A stretch of DNA of 63,940 nucleotides, the filler included, from Octopus bimaculoides (lineage: Eukaryota): the NCBI RefSeq assembly GCF_001194135.2. It is 7 parts of 7 records of this genome, joined end to end, with 100 filler letters (N's around TTAATTAATTAA, not from the genome) between each part and the next. Parts side by side here need not be neighbours in the genome. Positions count along the whole stretch, not along the records: positions 1 to 23,175 come from NC_068992.1; 6 more parts are not named here. One strand, given 5' to 3'. Below, one piece after another: positions 1 to 11,921 of this stretch (position 1 is its first letter; each line of letters opens with the position of its first letter). The notes under the pieces were generated by a model, which was not told the origin of the DNA, ran no database searches, and saw only the letters and a program-made list of their open reading frames with translations. A program made the translations under genes and the position numbers.

Positions 1-172
1 CACTGGGACTGAACCCGGAACCATGTGGTTGGTAAGCAAGCTACTTACCACACAGCCACTCCTGCGCCTATATATATATACGACGGGCTTCTTCCAGTTT
101 CCCTCTACCATATCCACTCACAAGGCTTTGATCGGCCCGAGGTTATAATAGAAGACACTTGCTCCAGGTGTC
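1..172 (-). mobile_element. SINE family A: tRNA-like head (1-69) plus a second truncated copy (81-172)
   Basis: Reverse complement gives GGCGCAGGAGTGGCTGTGTGGTAAG (A box) ... GGTTCAGTCCC (B box); same sequence recurs at 17841, 26021, 29180, 56295. Confidence 0.85.
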
Positions 173-174
173 GA

Positions 175-580
175 CTCCGTTCTCAACTAATCCTTATTTT
201 ATCGACTCTGAAGAGATGAAAGCTAATGCGTTTAATATATAAATTGGTATATCCAATAACTTAACACTGTTGTATGCTGTGGCTATATAAGCAATGCGTC
301 ACGAGGTGAGAATGAGTTAGATGGGTGCTGATGAAGGGACAAAATCCCGCGAAATATGGCATATTCACTCAGTACCCATTTTTGTCTTCGGTCTCATTAT
401 TTGTTTATATCTGACTTTGCGTAAAAATCAGTGCTGGCTATAATTTCTATGAAATATCTGTAGAAATAACCTTAAAAAAAAAAAAAAAGTCGACTTTGGC
501 GGAATATGAACTCAGAACGTACAAGGAGACGAAATGCCGCTAAATAATTTGTCCAGCACGCTAACGATTCTTCCAGCCCA
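175..580 (-). mobile_element. SINE family B copy split by an insertion at about 224-486
   Basis: Family core GATGAAAGGCAAAGTCGAC is broken into ...GATGAAAGC (ends 223) and AAAGTCGAC... (about 486 onward). Confidence 0.7.
322..371 (+). ncRNA. Type I hammerhead ribozyme motif, probably from a Penelope-like element terminus
   Basis: TGGGTG(322-327) CTGATGA(328-334) A GGGA-caaaa-TCCC gc GAAA(351-354) TAT-ggc-ATA T T CACTCA(366-371); stems I, II and III all pair; AUU cleavage triplet; extra nucleotides flank stem II. Confidence 0.6.
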
Positions 581-854
581 CAGCCTCCAAACTCCCGCAC
601 AAACACGCACATATATATTTATACGTAGGCATATATATACATTAATACATTAATAAACACACACACAAATACACTCACAAAGATATCCATAACTACATAC
701 ATTCATACAAGAGCGCGTGCGCACACACACACACATATATAAATAAATAAAAAAAACGGAATAAGAACGTAATGGACGACAATAAAAACATAAGGACAGA
801 TAGTCGATAGAAAGACAGAAAAGAAAAACCAGGACGGAATATATAAAATGGGAT

Positions 855-1050
855 CCGAGCCATTGATGTGAAAATGACGTAGACCGGCTCTACCTGAAAA
901 GAAAACAAAGTGACAGAAGCTTAACATCAATCCAGACGGCCTTTGAATTAAGTATCACATCTCTTCGGCAACATCTTTTGACCACCAAGTGTTAAATTGC
1001 ATCCTTTGACCAAGTTTGCATACATGAAGCTAATAAAATCATGAGACTTG
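855..1050 (+). mobile_element. R4/Dong-clade LINE fragment (post-RT region)
   Basis: Encodes NDVDRLYLKRKQSDRSLTSIQTAFELSITSLRQHL; homologous to the reverse complement of about 51570-51810. Confidence 0.75.
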
Positions 1051-1186
1051 AAAAGCATTCGTTTCTTGACTCCCACGATTTCTCGAAGGCCTGCTGCATG
1101 GTAAATGTTTGGTCGGCTGAGTTACGTCCTGGAAAAGTGCACATTGTTCGTCAGCCAACTTGGACATGACAATATTCCTATATCTC
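1050..1186 (-). mobile_element. RTE-clade LINE RT fragment, inverted relative to the adjacent copy
   Basis: Minus strand reads RNIVMSKLADEQCA(fs)PGRNSADQTFTMQQAFEKSWE, matching the EEQCGFRPGRSTxDQIF motif of non-LTR RTs. Confidence 0.75.
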
Positions 1187-2150
1187 TGCGAGCGAAAGAT
1201 GCTCGGTAAGGCACTGGGTGGTATGAGGACTCTTTGGTTCAATCAAGAGGTTAAAGACGTCAGCCGAGTAAAAGATGCGTACAAAGCTTGGCATAAAATA
1301 AGACCTCCTTCTTGCACTTGCGGTACAAGCAGGCATGAAAAGACGCAGCAGATACAGCAAAGGCATCAAGTTTAAGGCGTGGAAAAAGTTTGTGGTTAAG
1401 CTGGATCCCGACTTTAAATCAGCAAATAAAGTATTCAGGCAGATCATCCACCAACTTCAGAATTAGAAATCCTTCTTCACGCCCGAACTGGAAATATTAT
1501 GGAAACCGGAGAATGTAGGATCAGTCGGTTGGAATTTCCAAACGATATGGTACTACTCAACTCATCTGAAGATGATCTCCGACATACACTTGATGTTTTG
1601 TTGCTGTGTGCAACTCAGCATGAATGAAAATCAGTGTTGCGAAGACTGAGACACTCGTCCTCTCAAGGAAGCTCGCGCAATATCATTCTTACGTGAGTGG
1701 ATTTCCACTTAAACAGGTACAGAAATTCAAGTATCGCGGGGCCGCTTCCTCGATCGATGGGAGACAAAAGGCTGAATAAAGTGTAAGAATTGTAGGAGCT
1801 GGTTCAGTAATGCGCCAGTTTCGGTATTCGGTTATCAGAGGGAGTAAAAAAGCCAACTTCACTACCTTCAATTCAGTGTTCGTGCCCACCCCGGATACAA
1901 GTGGTGGAGACGAGAGTTCTGAGAAGGGTCTTTGGAATAACATTACTCGATAGAATATGTAGTCCGGAGGTCAGACAGGTGCTCCAGATGGAGCCACTAC
2001 TCCTCCGAATTAAGAGATCACGATAATACGGACATGTGGTAAGAATGTCCCAGGAAAAAGTCGCTGGACAAGTTTTACAGGAAAAAAAAAAACAACAACT
2101 GGCAGAAGATCCAGGACCAGACCACGAGTAAGATGGTTGGATATATACGT
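1187..2150 (+). mobile_element. Decayed RTE-clade (Rex3/Expander-like) LINE ORF2 with internal deletion
   Basis: TLWFNQEVKD...AWKKFVVKLDPDFKSANKVFRQII; GECRISRLEFPNDMVLL; LRRVFGITLLDR...EPLLLRIKRS; YGHVVRM; TGRRSRTRPRVRWLD; many stops and frameshifts. Confidence 0.85.
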
Positions 2151-2892
2151 GTACATATGCGACAGGTTTCCACACAGTTTGCGTCGGTAAAATTCACTCA
2201 CAAGGCATTGGGTTGCCTGGGCTACTATGACAGAAAACACTTGGCGAAATTGCCATCATACGAGCATAAATAACCGCAATGAAATATGGAGAAAATCTCT
2301 AGTAATTGCTAGAAAGTGCAACTGAAGCAAAGTAGTATTTTTTTTTAGTAGTGAGTGCCTTTTGGCAATTGGTAACCAGTAAAATATATAAAAGTAGTTA
2401 GATGGAGTAGATTGGACATTAATTGTTGTTGGTAGAATAGAAATTAATGCAAATATTTATGTGTGTATAGAAAGTCTAGTTTGTAAGGTCATAAGACAAG
2501 ATGAATGTACTTAAAACAGCTAAATAAAAAAATTACAAATAAAGGATACAAATAAAAATTAAATCAAAGAAGCCGGCTTGTTACTTAGAGATTAATGATT
2601 AGTAGAGTTGATAAGAACAACTGAAAACCATACTAGCCGGAAAACACAACAATAAATAATGAAGATAATCTCAAGAATCTGTCCAAAGTCATAAACAACA
2701 AAGTGTTTTAGCTATCTCTTGCAATTCTTTATTTTTTAAAAATTTAATATGATCTGATTTGATTTGATTTCTCTTGATAAACTTCATCCAATAATTGGCA
2801 AAAGCGTTTTTGAGTTTCTTCTTGTCTATATTTTATTTTTTATTTCAATTTCAACTACTACCATCGCTTAAATAAGCTTAATTTTGTTATAT

Positions 2893-3062
2893 TCTTTTTA
2901 TTTGTTTCAGTCATTTGATTGCGGCCAAACTGGAGCACCGTCTTTAGTCGAACAAATCGACCCCAGAACTTATTCCTTGTAAGTCAAGTACTTATCCTAT
3001 CGAACTCTTTTGCCGAACCACTATGGTGTGGTGACAAACACAAACACACAAAAACATACAAA
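2893..3062 (-). mobile_element. SINE A 3' half running into (TA)n and an N gap
   Basis: TTGTTTCAGTCATTTGATTGCGGCCAAACTGGAGCACCG, the reverse complement of the family tail. Confidence 0.8.
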
Positions 3063-3063
3063 C

Positions 3064-3101
<38 letters not shown>

Positions 3102-4108
3102 NNNNNNNNNNNNNNNNNNNNNNNNNNNNNNNNNNNNNNNNNNNNNNNNNNNNNNNNNNNNNNNNNNNNNNNNNNNNNNNNNNNNNNNNNNNNNNNNNNN
3201 NNNNNNNNNNNNNNNNNNNNNNNNNNNNNNNNNNNNNNNNNNNNNNNNNNNNNNNNNNNNNNNNNNNNNNNNNNNNNNNNNNNNNNNNNNNNNNNNNNNN
3301 NNNNNNNNNNNNNNNNNNNNNNNNNNNNNNNNNNNNNNNNNNNNNNNNNNNNNNNNNNNNNNNNNNNNNNNNNNNNNNNNNNNNNNNNNNNNNNNNNNNN
3401 NNNNNNNNNNNNNNNNNNNNNNNNNNNNNNNNNNNNNNNNNNNNNNNNNNNNNNNNNNNNNNNNNNNNNNNNNNNNNNNNNNNNNNNNNNNNNNNNNNNN
3501 NNNNNNNNNNNNNNNNNNNNNNNNNNNNNNNNNNNNNNNNNNNNNNNNNNNNNNNNNNNNNNNNNNNNNNNNNNNNNNNNNNNNNNNNNNNNNNNNNNNN
3601 NNNNNNNNNNNNNNNNNNNNNNNNNNNNNNNNNNNNNNNNNNNNNNNNNNNNNNNNNNNNNNNNNNNNNNNNNNNNNNNNNNNNNNNNNNNNNNNNNNNN
3701 NNNNNNNNNNNNNNNNNNNNNNNNNNNNNNNNNNNNNNNNNNNNNNNNNNNNNNNNNNNNNNNNNNNNNNNNNNNNNNNNTGTGTGTGTGTGCATGCATG
3801 TGTATGTGTGTAATCTGTCAAATACAACAACTCAACAGTCAACAGCTCAACAGAAATGCATGAATCATCTGTAAGATGTAACAGTCTTTACATTAAAATG
3901 CACATTTAAAACTTCTTTCGATGCGAAAAACGAGTGTATCTTTGTCAGCTTTGACATTGCTTATCGTTTCATTAATCTCCTACCAGTTCCATATCAGTTT
4001 TCAACGTCAGCTGTTGTCTCAAGTCACAATATGTTACGTCCGGGTATGTATGTATGTATGTATGTATGTATGTATTTATGTATGTATGTATGTGTGTGTG
4101 TATTTATG

Positions 4109-4200
4109 TTATTATTCATTTTTATTTCAAGATTTCTTGCCAATAGAGAAGGAGCCGGTTTCTAATCTAGATCCAAACTCCTTCATTGGAATTTCAATAT
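4109..4200 (-). mobile_element. 3'-UTR-only fragment of an R4-clade LINE inside (TATG)n
   Basis: Reverse complement GAAATTCCAATGAAGGAGTTTGGATCTAGATTAGAAACCGGCTCCTTC matches 44930-45036 and the 3' UTR at about 60020-60062. Confidence 0.7.
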
Positions 4201-4231
4201 TTTTTTATGTATGTATGTATGTATCTTTTAT

Positions 4232-4610
4232 CTTTTTCTGTTTCAATCATTGGACTGCGGCCAAGCTAGGACACCGCCTTGAAGGGTTTTAGTTGAACAA
4301 ATTGATCCCAGGACTTATTTTTTTGTTTTATAGCCTTGTAATTATTCTATTGGTCACTTTGCTAAACCGCTAAGATACAGGACATAAGCACACCAACACC
4401 GGTTGTCAAGGTGAGGTACAAACAATGACACACACACACACACACACACACACATGACGGGTTTTTTCGGTTTCCGTCAGCAAAATACATTCACAAGGTT
4501 TTGGTCGACTCGAGGCTATAATAGAAGACACTTGCCCAAGGTGTCATACAGTGGAACTGAACTCTGAACTATGTGCTTGGATAGCAAGCTTCTTACCACA
4601 CAGCCACATG
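4232..4610 (-). mobile_element. Diverged full-length SINE A with internal (CA)n
   Basis: Tail, internal microsatellite, CTTGCCCAAGGT core and head are all present. Confidence 0.8.
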
Positions 4611-4874
4611 TACGTACGTACGTATGTATGTATGTATGTATGTATGTATGTATTTATGTATGTATGTATGCATGCATGCATGTATGTATGTATGTATCTA
4701 CGAATGTATGTATCTACGAATGTATGTATCTATACATTATATACGTACGTATGTATGCACGTATGTATATGTGTATGTATGAATATATGTATGTATGTAT
4801 GCATGTATGTATGTACGTGTGTATGTATGAGTGAATGTATGTGTGTGTGTGTATGTATGTATGTATGTATGTAT

Positions 4875-5198
4875 TTGATATGCAGGACACTGACTGGGAG
4901 AACAATGCCTGTCATCGCCACAGATGGAGGAAGCAGGTTAAGGAGGAGATCGACACTTTTGAGAGAGCTCGTATCCATCATGAAGAACTTAAGCGAGCTG
5001 CGCGAAAGCGCACGGCTCGTATAGCGAATGGGGAAAGCTTGGTCTGCAATGTTTGCAGTGGTGTATGCTTGTCAAGAGCAGGGCTCATTAGCCACCAACG
5101 GAGCCGCAAATGCAAAATATAAGTTAGTCCTAGAGCGCGCAATGTTCCTGAAGGTCGGCAATGGTCTTCCTCGGTCACGAGTGGACGGCCATCATCAT
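4875..5198 (+). mobile_element. RTE (BovB-like) LINE 3' end with C-terminal zinc finger, embedded in (TATG)n
   Basis: DWENNACHRHRWRKQV...CNVCSGVCLSRAGLISHQRSRKCKI*, short 3' UTR ending GGACGGCCATCATCAT then (ATGT)n. Confidence 0.85.
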
Positions 5199-5255
5199 GT
5201 ATGTATGTATGTATGTATGTATGTATGTATGTATGTATGTATGTATGTATGTGTG

Positions 5256-6011
5256 AATGTATGTATGTCCTTGACCCTATGCTGGACTGCTTCTTTTTCA
5301 AGTTCTCGTATATACAATCAATTTCCTGGCAATACGATGTTGCTGTTACCGTTTTTTCTTGTTGCAAAAATGAATAATGAATAATTCCCTTCGTAGACCA
5401 CCATACAGTGACCACCAACCTTTTAGGGTGCAATGGTGGTTTTGGGTAGTGTTTAGATGACTCTCCTGCATCAAATCACTGTCCTGTTCTCCTGCTGTTG
5501 TCAAAGAGTATCCATTTCTCATCACAAGTAGTGATTCGATGCAAAAATGGTCTTTTTCCAATCGAGAAAGCAATAAGGAGCACACTTCGAGGCGTCTGTG
5601 TTTTTGAATCTCGTTCAGTTGATGTGGAACAAACCTATCCATTTTCTTGACTTCTCTAATTTTTTTCAGTGCCGAGAAACAGCTGTGCGAGATGTTTGGA
5701 GTTCTGATGAAAGTTTTCGGACCATTGTTCTCGGATTTTGTTCAACCAAAGCATTTAAACCATCATGCTGAATAACTGATTTTGGCCTACTCCTTACTTT
5801 ATTTTCAAGGCTATCATCTCTTGAACGAGAGCTTTGGAACCATCTCTGAGCAGTTCTGATGTCAACAAAACCATTGCCAAAAGCCTGCTTCAAATTCCGT
5901 AGAGCTTCTGCGGCAGAGTGTCCCAGTTTGTACTCATACGAGAAAATCACTCAACATAGTTTGGTTGTTATCATTTTCATAAGATCTGTGGGTACGAATT
6001 TTGTATACCAA
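5256..6011 (-). mobile_element. Mariner transposase pseudogene, 3'-truncated
   Basis: YEYKLGHSAAEALRNLKQAFG (HTH), FVPHQL (WVPHEL motif), ITTCDEKW, LHPKRLVVTVWWSTKGIIHYSFL; frameshifts; TIR-like end with TA at about 6012. Confidence 0.9.
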
Positions 6012-8089
6012 TATTTGGAAAGAAAAAGAGTTAAGATTAAATGCAAGGGTATATATAATTGAAGTCCAACATCAAGTTGTAAATATGCACCACCTTTCTA
6101 ACATAAATTTATTTCTATTAATTTATTCTAATAATTTTCTCTACGTTCACCCATTTTCTAATCTTAGCTATAATTTCTGATTTTATCATGAGCCAGTGTA
6201 ACTAAAGTGCTCTTACAATTCATTTTTTATATAATTAGATTAATACTTATTCTTATTTTAATTCAATCATCAAATATGAAAAATAATTGAAATGGAAAAT
6301 TTTTAATCAGGTAAAATTAAAAATTATTTATTGTCACTATTTATTAATTTAATTGCATTGCCTGGAAAAAAAGTGGGTTACAATGAAAAATGCGGACGCA
6401 TGGAGGTTAATGTTTTTAAGTTATTAAACCTGGAAAAGTACTGGACAAATTATTACACCTGGAAAAGAACATGACAAACATATTTATACTTAAAATATTT
6501 AACCTATAGTTAAAATTTAAAAACATATTTAGTTTTAAAAACTAAAAATAATAGCTTTTATTAGCTACTCTATAATTAGGATATTATAAATTTAAGACTA
6601 ACTTTTAGCCAAAAAAAAAGTGAATAATTAAAAATGTTTTTTCAGTTACAAGTTTTTAAATATCTGTACGGAATGGACATATTGAGGGATTTATCTCCCC
6701 CGATATTTCATACCATATGAGCCATGTAGCCCTTCATCAAGAAGATTTTTTCAAGCAAAAAATTTAATTAGGCAGAGTACCCCGCCCCTCCAAAAATATC
6801 ACTGTACCCTCCCCTAAGCCTCAACCCTACCATAAAGGTATCAATTGAACTTTCCATTTCTTTTTTTTTTTTAATTTCTATAAGATCAGCCTTGTGGTGT
6901 TTTTATCAATGAATTATAGTGTGCCAATTTTTAACAAAAAGATGTGCAATAAAGGAATTTCGATTGAATACTACTTAAGAACGGCCGCAATGCTCTAAGA
7001 CCTTAACATCCTTGTTACTTATTTGCTTTTTATTCACCTTGCTTCGAGCTGTGCGGATAATACCAGACTGACTTATTGCCTCAACTTAAGTACCTAATTC
7101 GACTAAATCTTAATCATTTCTTATATATATATGTGTGTGTGTGTGTGTGAGTGTGTGTGTCGGCGAAGTAAGCGAACGACAGAAAAAATATCATTATGTA
7201 TATTACTTTTATTAATCGGACAATCTGGAAGCCCGACATACGTTCATAATGTGATACGCATTAAACAGCCAAAGCTGTTACAATAGATTCAGTTACACAC
7301 AAACTAGTTTAATTAGTTATTCTTAGTTGTGTATTAAATTATTCCCTAGTGCCAATTAAAATGAGATCTTTGCTACTGAATAAATAAAATAAATGTTTTA
7401 AAGAACAATGAAAGGAACTGAAAAACAAATAAAAATTGAGAGAATATAAAGCTACATCAAATTACTTGCTGTGCGGCTCGGCCAGATGCTGTCGAGTTTT
7501 TTTTAATTCTACATAGATATTAGAAAGAAATAATAAATAGTTATATCTAAGAGAAAGGGATACAGTTTTATAGCAACCAGTCTCAATGAGTGTCAGACAA
7601 TAAATCTTGTCTTAAAATCTAATTGCAGTAGACAACAAAGATTCGAGTTTTATTTCTACTGTAGAAAACGTGTTGTTACAGGTGCATGTTTAATTAATTT
7701 TAGTTTGATAAGTTCTCCATCATTGCAATTATCTTGACATAAACTGTAAAATGGTTTAAGTATTTTTAATATTTTTTAAACGCGACGTGCTAGCAGAATC
7801 TTTATCGCGCCGAACAAAATACTTAACGACAGGGTTACCAATTTAGCACTTTTCGCATTAAATTGGGTGCCTTTTTATTATTTTCAGTGCAAAAATCGGT
7901 AGAATTACGTGCTCACGTAGTTTTTATACATTTTATTATAATTTAGAACTAAAATTAGAGCTTCTCAATTAAAATAAAATTAGAATTTAACTCGGTATAT
8001 TCTGTCCAAAATTCAGGCCTAAAAAATTCTAGCCTTGTATATGGAGAAATTGTATGATTGAATTTAAAGGTTATTTTTTTAATAATATC

Positions 8090-8420
8090 GGAGGAGGGGG
8101 AAAGTCGATTACATCGACCTCAATGTTCAACTGGTACTTATTTTATCGACTTCGGAAGGATGAAGGATTAAGTCGATCTTGGTGAGATTTGAACTCAGTA
8201 CATAAAGACGAACGAATGCTGCAAAACATTTGTCTGGCGTGCTAACAATTCTGTCAGTTCGCCGCCTTATTTAAAGGTATAATATAGGTTTCAAATTTTG
8301 GTACAAGGCCAGCAATTTCGGGGAAGGATGAATGGTAAAGTCGACCTCGGTGGAATTTGACAAAATGCCGCTAAGCATTTTTCTCGACGTGCGAACGATT
8401 CGGCCAGCTTACTGCCGTAT
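8090..8420 (-). mobile_element. Two adjacent diverged SINE B copies
   Basis: CTGGTACTTATTTTATCGAC...AAGTCGA...TTTGAACTCAG...GCGTGCTAAC...CGCCGCC. Confidence 0.75.
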
Positions 8421-8744
8421 TTAAAAGTATACTATTAATATATTATCGTTTCACAGTTCACCAAGGTAAATGAGTAATTGTTGCGCTTAACAGTTTTAGT
8501 ATACTATGTATATGCACTCTAGATATAGCTACACACATAAAAGATGTTATCCTAGTCCTCTCTCCATTTTCTCTCTACTTACATATGCATATGTGTGCGT
8601 ATGTGTGTGTGTCCGGTGTGAGGAAAAAAAAGCCATTACAGGTGACGTTGGGTACAGTTGAAGCAATTCCTGTTTTGTTTGCCTGAGGCTCGCAGCTTAT
8701 CAAGATTTGAAGCAGAATTACTTCTTGTAGTGATAGAATATCTT

Positions 8745-8921
8745 TTATTTCTTCTAGTCATTGGATTGTGGCCATGCTGAAGCACCGCTTTGAAGGGCGT
8801 TCAGTCAAGAGGTGTGGTGGTGACGTAAATATACCAGCACCGTTTGTCAATCGGTAGTAGGGAGACAAACACACAAAGAGACACACACACACAGATATAC
8901 ATACATACATACATACATACA

Positions 8922-8954
<33 letters not shown>

Positions 8955-8961
8955 GTATATG

Positions 8962-8993
<32 letters not shown>

Positions 8994-9023
8994 TGTATGT
9001 ATGTATGTATGTATGTATGTTTG

Positions 9024-9078
<55 letters not shown>

Positions 9079-9395
9079 ATATATATATATATATNNNNNN
9101 NNNNNNNNNNNNNNNNNNNNNNNNNNNNNNNNNNNNNNNNNNNNNNNNNNNNNNNNNNNNNNNNNNNNNNNNNNNNNNNNNNNNNNNNNNNNNNNNNNNN
9201 NNNNNNNNNNNNNNNNNNNNNNNNNNNNNNTATATAAACATATATTCGATAGGCTTCTTTCACTTTCGGTCTACCAAATCCACCCACAAGGTTTTGGTCA
9301 CCCTGACGCTATAGCAGAAGATACCCAAAGTGCCATACAGTGGCACTGAACACCGAACCATGCGTTTGGGAAGCGAGCTTCTTATCTGCGCCTAT
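8745..9395 (-). mobile_element. SINE A with a massively expanded internal compound microsatellite and gap
   Basis: Tail at about 8745-8890, head at about 9245-9395, separated by (CATA)n(TATG)n(TATC)n(TA)n and Ns. Confidence 0.75.
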
Positions 9396-9771
9396 CAATA
9401 GTTATATAACCAGTAAACTAAACAATTGATCTGGTAGAACAAACATCTTTCAAGGTACATATGAACTTTGAGTTTATATGTTGGAATAGTTACTGAATTG
9501 CTTATCAATACATAAAATTATATTTTTATGACATCTAAATTGACTGACTTAGGGACCAGGTGATGATAAAGAACATACACCACATACACACATAAACATA
9601 CAGATACACATACTAAAGGCAAGTAAAGACTAGAAGAAGAATTAGTTATGAGACAAAGTACAGAAAAAAATGTGGACACTAAGAGTGTATACGTAAAAAA
9701 TCATTTATATGTAGATAATCATTTATCTATTACTAAGGCAATTATTCAGAAATCTGAGATACAGTCGTGTA

Positions 9772-9836
<65 letters not shown>

Positions 9837-10061
9837 GCATATATGCATATATATTGTGCGTGTGTGTGCGCACGCGTGCGTACCTGTTTCTGTGATGATG
9901 TATGCATGTATTTATGTGCACTTGCATGAAGGCAGAAAATGTATGTGGGCATATTGATAACCTGTATATGCAAGGTGCGAAGGGTTAATCGTCGCCCTTT
10001 TATATTTTTATTTCACGCATGCGCATTACTTGTTTTTGATTTTGTTGACTACACAGTATAG

Positions 10062-10972
10062 TAGGGTCCGTGAGAAAAACAGCATCATGACGTAATTCAC
10101 TCTGCCAGAAATTTGGAAACGACATGCTGTATTGCCTGGAATTCGCGCCGGAAGCTCCAGTACGAACAGATGGTGAACACACAGCATAACTGTTGGCTTG
10201 CCGTGTCCCCAAAACGTGTACTGAGAGTGATAAAAATCAAGCATCCGGTCAATATCATGATGTTTTATGTGATAACTAGAGATGACGACGTTATACCTCC
10301 ATTCATCTTTCCATACGGCCTCAAATTCAATACAGATGCCTACTTCAAATGCCTGGAGGAGGTAGTGCTGCCCTGGGTGAAGAGGGTGGCTGCTGGAAGA
10401 CCCTATGTCTGGCAACAGGACTCTGCACCATGTCACATAAGCAGAAAACCTAGTCATGGCTGTCAGATAATTTCTGCGACTACATCACCCCTAACATCTG
10501 GCCACTTAACGCACCAACCTGCAACCCACTATATTATTATGTATAGGGCGCAGTTGAGCAAAAGACCAACAAAACTCCATGTAACACCAAAGATGAACCG
10601 AAGGCAAGGATTATGGCAGCATTCGCCAATTTAAGCAAAGTATTAATTGATAATGTTTTTTACCGTTATGGATTTTTTTTACGCATGCTAAGCCACTGAT
10701 ATTATAAACAATAATATTCTCATATATATCTAAATCATTTTTGTTCACTTCGATCACCTTTTTAAATTTGCCGTCCAGAAGAGTTGCCGGAGATTCAGAA
10801 GTCGTCTGGTGTCCTTGGTAGAAATCAATGGCGATTTTACTTAATCGATTTACTCTTTAGCATTTCAAGATATTTTCATATAATTTTGGTAAGTATATAT
10901 CTGTTAAAATGAGATGTCAGTGTTATTTTCATTTTTGCGGAATTTAGACGACAATATATTCACCGCACCCTG
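10062..10972 (+). mobile_element. maT (DD37D) Tc1/mariner-superfamily element, internally deleted
   Basis: KHPVNIMMFYVIT...WQQDSAPCH; right TIR CACCGCACCCTG followed by TA; homologous to 47288-48016; AT-rich insertion at about 10640-10773. Confidence 0.85.
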
Positions 10973-11168
10973 TATATATGTATGTGTGTGTGTAGAGAGG
11001 GAAAGAGAGAGGGGGGAGAGAGAGAAATAATCATACATATATATGTATTTAGATCTATTACATTAATATGTACATACACATATATGCAGGTGCATGTGTT
11101 CCTCTGTACGGTAGAGAGACCGTATTATGTGTGAGCGTGCGTTTATGTCTGTGTTTGTAGCGTGTGTG

Positions 11169-11199
<31 letters not shown>

Positions 11200-11264
11200 A
11201 TTTTCACCTGCTGTTGTTCATACAGGTGTACTCAGACAAGTGTGTACATATGGAAATACCAATA

Positions 11265-11307
<43 letters not shown>

Positions 11308-11530
11308 TAAGTCGTCGTTTAATCAATTGTCTAACGTAAGCAAATAGCAGTCCTATGTTAGACATATCAAGTGCAGCACTTCTAAGGTTCGAGTGAGTTG
11401 TTAAGCATAATACAAAAACTCGTCAGTAATGTATTCCAAACAGATTGCATATACAACGAATGCGCCGTGTTGCTACTGACGGTTTTAATACCGATATCAA
11501 TAATATCATCTGCCAGGTAATATTCACACG

Positions 11531-11570
<40 letters not shown>

Positions 11571-11921
11571 TACATACATATATATGTGCATATATATGTA
11601 TAGGTATGTACATATATATCTATGCGCATATATGTATGTGTGGTTGTGTGTGTTAGTAAGCAAGTATAAACACAAATGTGTATTCATATATATATATATA
11701 TATTATATGTATGTATATGTGCGTATATAGACGTGTATAAATAAATAGTCTCTTTCTCTCTCCCCCACTCTCTTTCACTCACTCTCCTCTATTTCTCCCT
11801 CTCCCCTTTCTTTCTCTCACTCTCCTCTCTTTCTCCCTCTCTCCTCTCCTTTTCTCTCTTTCTCTCTCTCTCTATATATACATGTATATAAATACATTAT
11901 ATATATATATTTACATATATA

